64,000 nucleotides of DNA. It comes from a bacterium. GTDB lineage: Bacteria; Zhuqueibacterota; Zhuqueibacteria; Oceanimicrobiales; Oceanimicrobiaceae. Under the pieces are notes generated by a model. The model saw only the letters and a program-made list of their open reading frames with translations. It searched no databases and was not told the origin of the DNA. The stretch spans positions 1 to 64,000 of the forward strand of contig JBBIIG010000013.1 of NCBI GenBank assembly GCA_037446635.1, in the 5' to 3' direction. Position numbers and translations under genes: made by a program. Shown piece after piece: positions 58,037-64,000 of this stretch. Each line of letters starts with the position of its first letter. Position 1 is the first letter of the stretch.

Positions 58037-59314
58037 ATGAAAAATATTTTAGTCTCTGGCTTATTCGCCTTAATTTTTGCGGCGTCGTCGGGATTCGCTC
58101 AGGACGGCAGCGTTCTCAATCTCGATGAATTAATTGCGGAGGCGTTGAAAAATAATCCCGGTTTGCAAGCGGCGCGGTTGCAAACCGAAGCTGCTCGCAC
58201 CCAGATCCGGCAGGCTCGGGCCTGGGAGGCGCCGCAAGTTGGAATCGAATTTTTTCAAACTCCCATCCAATCTTTTCCAAACCCCGCCAAAGATGGGATG
58301 GAAACGGATTACTTCGTGCAGCAAATGATCCCGTTTCCCGGGAAAATTTCCAACATGGCAAAAGCCGCGCGCAGCAACGCGGAGATGTCGGCGGAAAATT
58401 ACCGCGCGCTGGAGCGCAAAATCATCCGCGATTTGAAGTCCGCGTATTATGAGCTTTATCTCGTGCAGCGCAAAATTAAAGTCAACTCCGAAAATCAAGT
58501 GCTGCTGCGACAATTTGTTGACATCGCGATGAAGCAGTACGAAGTGGGAATGGGCAAACAGGTGGACATCTTTCGCGCGCAGACCGAGATCTCGAGTCTC
58601 ATCACCGAGGGCATCAACCTCGAGCAGGAGCGGAAAGTTGCGGAGGCGATGATCAACACCATTCTCAATCGTCCCGCCAACTCACTGCTGGGGCAGGTTC
58701 CGGATCTGGCTGACACGACGGCTACGTGGACGTTCGATCAAATGATGCCCATCGCTCTCGAGGCGCGACCGGAGTTGAAGGCGATGGATTACAACATCAG
58801 CATGAATCGCGCGGAGTTGGCGTTGTCGAAACGCGAGTATGTGCCCGACTTGATGGTGCGCTTCATGTACAAAGACATGGCGGACACTGGCGACGACTTC
58901 TGGGCGTTGATGGGCGGCGTGAGTGTGCCGCTGGCGTTTTGGTCGAAAGGCAAATTCAAAGGCAAAGTTCAGGAGAACCAGCTCAACGTCAATCGCGCCG
59001 AACAACAGTACACCGAAATGAAAAACATGATTCTGTTTGAAGTGCAGCAGGCGCTGGTGAAAGTGGAGAGCAATAAAAATGTTTTGCTGCTGTGTAAAAA
59101 CACCATTGTGCCGCAGGCCGAGCAGACTCTGCAATCCACGTTGGCGGCGTATCAAACCGGCAAAACGGAATTTCTGATGCTGATCGACGCCTACCGCATG
59201 TTGCTCATGGCCAAGTTGGATTACTATGAGGCGGTCATGAATTACATGACGAGTCTCGCGCAGTTGGAGCAGGCCGTGGGCATGGATATTAAAGAGATTT
59301 CAGCTCGCATTTAA
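58037..59314 (+). CDS. TolC family outer membrane efflux protein (CusC-like role)
   Basis: Signal peptide, AL.NNP.L, Q.IPFPGK, Y..G....L.LIDA, LEQAVG. Confidence 0.92.
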   Translation: MKNILVSGLFALIFAASSGFAQDGSVLNLDELIAEALKNNPGLQAARLQTEAARTQIRQARAWEAPQVGIEFFQTPIQSFPNPAKDGMETDYFVQQMIPFPGKISNMAKAARSNAEMSAENYRALERKIIRDLKSAYYELYLVQRKIKVNSENQVLLRQFVDIAMKQYEVGMGKQVDIFRAQTEISSLITEGINLEQERKVAEAMINTILNRPANSLLGQVPDLADTTATWTFDQMMPIALEARPELKAMDYNISMNRAELALSKREYVPDLMVRFMYKDMADTGDDFWALMGGVSVPLAFWSKGKFKGKVQENQLNVNRAEQQYTEMKNMILFEVQQALVKVESNKNVLLLCKNTIVPQAEQTLQSTLAAYQTGKTEFLMLIDAYRMLLMAKLDYYEAVMNYMTSLAQLEQAVGMDIKEISARI

Positions 59315-59327
59315 GGAGTAATTAGTC

Positions 59328-60902
59328 ATGAAGAAAATAGGAATCACAGTCATTTTGAGTATTATTTTCGGCGTCGCCGTTGGCTACTTGTTGTTTCGGC
59401 CCTCTGAATCCAGCAGCGACGGCATAACGACGCCAGCCGCAAGCGATCAATCGGAGAAAAAAATCCTGTATTACAAAGATCCGATGCACCCGTGGCTGAC
59501 GTCGCCGAATCCGGGCAAAGCGCCGGACTGCGGCATGGACATGGTGCCGGTTTATGAGGGAGAAGAAGACGCCGCAGCTTCGGGCAGTGGGTTTAAAATC
59601 GATCCGACGGTAATCCAAAACATCGGCGTGAAAACTGAAGAGGTAAGCAAACGCCGCTTGTCGAAAGTTATCCGCACTGTGGGCAAAGTCGATGTGGACG
59701 AGACTCGCCTTTACTCCGTAAACACCAAAATCATGGGCTGGGTGGAGAAGCTGTACGTCAACTACACCGGTCAGCCGGTGAAAAAGGGCCAACCGCTGCT
59801 CGAATTGTATTCGCCGGATTTGGTTTCGACGCAGGAGGAATATCTCACGGCGCTGCGCTATCAAAAGGCTCTCAGCGGCAGCAGCGTCAAAGAGACGCTG
59901 AGCGGTTCGGCAAATTTGGTTGAAAGTGTGCGGCGACGGCTTGAGTTGTGGGACATCACCGATGCACAAATCGCTGAATTGGAAAAAACCGGCCAGCCGC
60001 GTCGAACCCTTACGTTTTATTCTCCCGCCGACGGTTTCGTGATGGAGAAAATGGTGGTGGAAGGCGCCGCCGTGATGGCGGGAATGGATTTGTTCAAAAT
60101 CGTCGATCTCGCCACGGTTTGGGTGATGGCGGACATTTACGAATACGAGCTGCCGTGGCTCAAGCTCGGCGCGACCGCAGAAATGGAGTTGCCTTATATT
60201 CCCGGAAAAACCTTCACGGGCAAAGTCACTTTCATTTATCCAATGTTAGCGATGGAGAGCCGCACCGCCAAAGTTCGCGTGGAGTTTCCGAATCCGCGCG
60301 GCGAAATTGAGCTGCGTCCGGAGATGTTCGCGACGGTGCGATTTCGTTCGGACATGAGCAACGAAACCATTGCGGTGCCGGAGCAGGCGATCATTCGCAG
60401 CGGCGAACGGCTCATTGCTGTGGTCGCGAAAGACGGCGGCTACTTTGACGTCCGCGAAGTGAAAGGCGGAGTGGTAGCCGACGGCTACATGCAAATTCTC
60501 GAAGGTTTGGAAGAAGGGGAGCAGCTCGTGGTGTCCTCGCAATTTCTCATTGACTCCGAAAGCAATCTGCGCACGGCGGTGGCGCAATTCACCAGCAGTC
60601 ATGCCGGACATGCCGGCCAGTCTATGAGCACCTCGAAAAAAGAAGAACGTGAGGATCACACTGGCCACGAGATGCAATCGACTCCCAAACAGGACGATCA
60701 CTCCGGTCACCAAATGCCGCGGGAAAGTAAAGAAATCGACCATTCCGGACACAACATGCCAGAGCATTCCGGGCACGACATGGGCGAAGTGAAAAAGGTT
60801 GCTGGCAAGAAGTACACCTGCTCGATGCATCCAGAAGTGATCATGGATGCGCCAGGCGATTGCCCGAAATGTGGGATGAAATTGATTGAGAAGAAGCAGT
60901 GA
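59328..60902 (+). CDS. cusB: CusB-like RND periplasmic adaptor with heavy-metal-binding domains
   Basis: YY.DPMHP..PGK.P.CGMD.VP, GWVEKLYV, L.PEMF, SSQFLIDSES, YTCSMHP..CPKCGM. Confidence 0.9.
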   Translation: MKKIGITVILSIIFGVAVGYLLFRPSESSSDGITTPAASDQSEKKILYYKDPMHPWLTSPNPGKAPDCGMDMVPVYEGEEDAAASGSGFKIDPTVIQNIGVKTEEVSKRRLSKVIRTVGKVDVDETRLYSVNTKIMGWVEKLYVNYTGQPVKKGQPLLELYSPDLVSTQEEYLTALRYQKALSGSSVKETLSGSANLVESVRRRLELWDITDAQIAELEKTGQPRRTLTFYSPADGFVMEKMVVEGAAVMAGMDLFKIVDLATVWVMADIYEYELPWLKLGATAEMELPYIPGKTFTGKVTFIYPMLAMESRTAKVRVEFPNPRGEIELRPEMFATVRFRSDMSNETIAVPEQAIIRSGERLIAVVAKDGGYFDVREVKGGVVADGYMQILEGLEEGEQLVVSSQFLIDSESNLRTAVAQFTSSHAGHAGQSMSTSKKEEREDHTGHEMQSTPKQDDHSGHQMPRESKEIDHSGHNMPEHSGHDMGEVKKVAGKKYTCSMHPEVIMDAPGDCPKCGMKLIEKKQ

Positions 60903-60911
60903 AAGATTCGG

Positions 60912-61283
60912 CTAAATCAATTGGATTTTTAGTGCAGAAGGGTCAATGATGATTTCTTCAGTCTCGGGATCGAGTTTGATTTTCAATTGCTGGAAAAAGT
61001 CTGATCCAATGATGAGTTCCTCTGTGAGGTCAGGGACGACAATGAAAGTCCAAGGGATCAGGTGTCCGTCTAATTCAACGAGGCTGTTCAACATCTCATC
61101 CACACTGGTGGAGCCCTTGCCTAATCGCAGGGTGACCGTGACCGGCATTTTCGAAAGCGCGGCTACTTGCACAGCTTGCTCGCGCTGAATATAACAACGC
61201 GATGCGCTGGTATCCATCAACGCATGGAGGGTTCGCGTGCCGGCTGTGCCGATGAGTGTGATTGGTTTGTAAATTAGTCCCAT
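60912..61283 (-). CDS. Retropepsin-like aspartic protease, antisense inside efflux operon
   Basis: ALMDTSAS (DTG-like) and LIIGSDFFQ motifs. Confidence 0.8.
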   Translation of the reverse strand: MGLIYKPITLIGTAGTRTLHALMDTSASRCYIQREQAVQVAALSKMPVTVTLRLGKGSTSVDEMLNSLVELDGHLIPWTFIVVPDLTEELIIGSDFFQQLKIKLDPETEEIIIDPSALKIQLI

Positions 61284-61312
61284 ATTTTCAAACGCTAGTT
61301 AAGTGCTGAACA

Positions 61313-61341
61313 AGTATAACAGAATTTGACAGAAAATACAA
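61313..61341 (-). promoter_or_regulatory. Putative sigma70 promoter of antisense protease gene
   Basis: Minus strand TTGTAT-17-TATACT. Confidence 0.55.
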
Positions 61342-61374
61342 GCAGATTTTTTCTGCTTCGCACGGAGAGAAAGC

Positions 61375-64000
61375 ATGTTACCTAAAATTATAGAATGGTC
61401 CATCAACAACAAATTTCTGGTCATCCTGATGACGGTGTTCGCCATCCTCGGCGGCATCTACGCCATGCTCAACACGCCTGTGGATGCTATCCCGGATTTG
61501 AGCGACGTGCAGGTGATCATCTACACCAAGTACGACGGTCAGTCGCCGCGCATCGTGGAAGATCAGGTGACCTATCCGCTCACCACCGCGATGGTCTCGG
61601 TGCCGCGATCGACGGTGGTGCGCGGATACTCGTTTTTTGGCTACTCGCTGGTTTATGTGATTTTCGAAGACGGCACCGACATCTACTGGGCACGCTCGCG
61701 GGTTTTGGAATATCTCAATTACGCGGCGAACCGTTTGCCGAAAGGAGTCGTGCCGGCGCTCGGCCCGGACGCCACAGGCGTCGGTTGGGTGTTTCAATAC
61801 GCGCTCACTTCCGACAAACGCGATCTCGCCGAGCTGCGCTCGATTCAGGACTGGTATCTCAAATATGAGCTGAGCGCTGTGGAGGGCGTTTCGGAGGTCG
61901 CGAGCATCGGCGGTTTTGTAAAACAGTATCAAGTCACCGTCGATCCCAATCGCTTGCTGGCATACAACATTCCGCTCGATATGGTGATGATGGCCATCCG
62001 CAAAAGTAATCACGACGTTGGCGGCGAGACCATCGAAATGAGCGAGACCGAATTCATGATTCGCGGCCTCGGTTACATCAAGTCGATGAATGATTTGAAA
62101 ATGATCCCGCTGATGGCCGACAAAATGAGCGGCACGCCGGTCTATTTGCGCGACGTGGCGGACATTCAGATCGGCCCGGAGATGCGTCGCGGTATCGGTG
62201 AGTTCAATGGCCAGGGCGAAGCCGTGGGCGGCATCATCGTCATGCGCTACGGCGAGAACGCGTTGAAAGTCATCGACGCAGTGAAGAAAAAAATGGAAGT
62301 GCTGAAAGCCGGGCTGCCGGATGACGTGAAGATCGAAGTTGTTTATGATCGCTCGGCGCTGATCAAACGCGCAATCAGCAATTTGCGCGAAAAGCTGATT
62401 GAAGAAATCACCGTGGTCGGCATCGTGTGTTTGATTTTTCTTCTGCACTTGCGCAGCGGCTTCGTGGCCATTTTCACGCTGCCAACGGCGGTGCTGATTT
62501 CGTTTCTGATCATGTACTATCAGGGCATCAACGCCAACATTATGTCGCTGGGAGGCATCGCCATTGCCATCGGCGCGATGGTGGACGCCGGCATCATCAT
62601 GATCGAAAACGCCCACAAGCACCTCGAACGCGACGCCGGCAAAAAAGATCATTGGTCGATCATCGCCGACGCCTCGAAAGAAGTCGGGCCGTCGCTGTTT
62701 TATTCGTTAATAGTGATGACCGTCTCCTTCCTGCCAGTTTTTGCTTTGCAGCAGCAGGAGGGACGTCTTTTCAAGCCCCTCGCATTTACGAAAACTTACG
62801 CCATGGGCGCGTCGGCGTTTTTAGCCATCACCATCGTGCCGATTTTGATGGGCTACTTCATCCGCGGCCGCATTCGTCCGGAAGAAAAAAATCCCATCAA
62901 CCGATTTTTGATTCGAATTTACGATCCGGTTTTGCACTTCGTCTTGCGTTGGAAGAAATTTGTGCTGGTGGCGGCGGTGGTCATCATGATCGCGACGGTT
63001 TTCCCATTCACCCAAATTGGCAACGAATTCATGCCGCCGCTGTACGAAGGCGATCTCCTTTACATGCCCACGACGCTGCCCGGCATCAGCGTCACCAAAG
63101 CGCGGGAGATTCTTCAGCAGACGGATAAAATCATCCGGCAATTTCCGGAAGTGCATCACGTGTACGGAAAAATCGGGCGCGCGGAAACCGCCACCGATCC
63201 CGCGGGGCTCGACATGGTTGAAACCACGATCATGCTCAAGCCCGAAGAAGAGTGGCGCGACGGCATGACCGTTCAGAAACTCATCGACGAGATGGATGCG
63301 GCGCTGCGCATTCCCGGTCTTTCCAATGTCTGGACGATGCCCATCAAAAATCGCGTGGATATGCTTTCCACCGGCATCAAAACCCCGGTGGGCGTGAAGA
63401 TTTCCGGCGCGGATCTGAAAACGCTCGAAGCCATTGGCAAAGAAGTGGAGGCAGTAGTGAAGCAGGTGCCGAATACACTCTCGGCGTTTGCGGAGCGAGC
63501 CGTCGGTGGAAACTATGTTGATTTTCACATCAACCGCGAGGAAGCGGCTCGTTACGGTTTGACAGTGGATGATATTCACGACGTCATTCAATCGGCGCTG
63601 GGCGGGATGTCCGTTACCACCACCGTCGAAGGACTCGAACGTTACCCGGTGAATTTGCGTTACAGCCGCGAGCTGCGCGACAACATCGAGGAGCTGAAGC
63701 GCGTGTTGATTCCCACGCCCACCGGCCAACAAATTCCGCTGGGGCAGGTTACGACCATCAGTGTTAACAAAGGGCCGATGGTGATTCGCACTGAGGATAC
63801 CCGTCCCAACGTTTGGGTTTACATTGATATCAAAGACATCGATGTCGGCACTTATGTGAAGATGGCGAAACGGGCAGTGGCGGAAAATATCAAACTGCCT
63901 GCCGGCTATAACATCGTTTGGAGCGGGCAGTACGAATACATGGAGCGCGCCAAGCAACGCCTGATGGTGGTGATTCCGCTCACCATTCTAATTATTTTCG
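61375..64000 (+). CDS. cusA: CusA/CzcA heavy-metal RND permease (3'-truncated; absent from ORF track)
   Basis: Read from sequence: MLPKIIEWS..DAIPDLSDVQVII, EDQVTYP, DIYWARSRV, AIAIGAMVDA, MPIKNRVDML, WSGQYEYM. Confidence 0.96.
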   Translation, partial: MLPKIIEWSINNKFLVILMTVFAILGGIYAMLNTPVDAIPDLSDVQVIIYTKYDGQSPRIVEDQVTYPLTTAMVSVPRSTVVRGYSFFGYSLVYVIFEDGTDIYWARSRVLEYLNYAANRLPKGVVPALGPDATGVGWVFQYALTSDKRDLAELRSIQDWYLKYELSAVEGVSEVASIGGFVKQYQVTVDPNRLLAYNIPLDMVMMAIRKSNHDVGGETIEMSETEFMIRGLGYIKSMNDLKMIPLMADKMSGTPVYLRDVADIQIGPEMRRGIGEFNGQGEAVGGIIVMRYGENALKVIDAVKKKMEVLKAGLPDDVKIEVVYDRSALIKRAISNLREKLIEEITVVGIVCLIFLLHLRSGFVAIFTLPTAVLISFLIMYYQGINANIMSLGGIAIAIGAMVDAGIIMIENAHKHLERDAGKKDHWSIIADASKEVGPSLFYSLIVMTVSFLPVFALQQQEGRLFKPLAFTKTYAMGASAFLAITIVPILMGYFIRGRIRPEEKNPINRFLIRIYDPVLHFVLRWKKFVLVAAVVIMIATVFPFTQIGNEFMPPLYEGDLLYMPTTLPGISVTKAREILQQTDKIIRQFPEVHHVYGKIGRAETATDPAGLDMVETTIMLKPEEEWRDGMTVQKLIDEMDAALRIPGLSNVWTMPIKNRVDMLSTGIKTPVGVKISGADLKTLEAIGKEVEAVVKQVPNTLSAFAERAVGGNYVDFHINREEAARYGLTVDDIHDVIQSALGGMSVTTTVEGLERYPVNLRYSRELRDNIEELKRVLIPTPTGQQIPLGQVTTISVNKGPMVIRTEDTRPNVWVYIDIKDIDVGTYVKMAKRAVAENIKLPAGYNIVWSGQYEYMERAKQRLMVVIPLTILIIF

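Noticed and set aside
61378..63957. 424-aa and 378-aa minus-strand ORFs
   Set aside because: Antisense shadows of cusA, which the ORF track missed because it runs off the window.

Overview
Bacterial chromosomal window of moderate GC, probably from an uncultured FCB-like lineage such as KSB1 or Calditrichota (inference from gene style only). Contents in order: the 3' part of ccmF; an Rrf2-iscA-fur-sufB-(insert)-sufCDSUT operon with a near-consensus sigma70 promoter and an IscR-type operator; a roughly 16.6 kb CoA-dependent catabolic operon (aquaporin, two crotonases, two ALDHs, thiolase, acyl-CoA dehydrogenase, hcrC/A/B-like Mo-enzyme, ADH, 3-hydroxyacyl-CoA dehydrogenase) interrupted by several small accessory cassettes; a Ser/Thr kinase-FHA-PP2C-pseudokinase operon divergent from five unknown exported or membrane proteins; a PilZ gene and pgk; a CoA-disulfide reductase followed by two toxin-antitoxin cassettes delimited by three copies of the reductase gene's own 3' end; tdh-kbl, osmC, arginase, two ATP-grasp genes, EamA and Lrp; and a cusCBA-like efflux operon preceded by a Cys-rich leader gene whose 3' end can pair with the downstream ribosome-binding region. 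No rRNA, tRNA, CRISPR array, integrase or transposase was seen. The best novelty candidates are the integrase-less TA cassette array built on gene-end repeats, the kinase/pseudo-enzyme locus with its novel exported proteins, and the putative metal-sensing leader with an anti-SD stem. All family assignments come from motif recognition by eye, not database searches.
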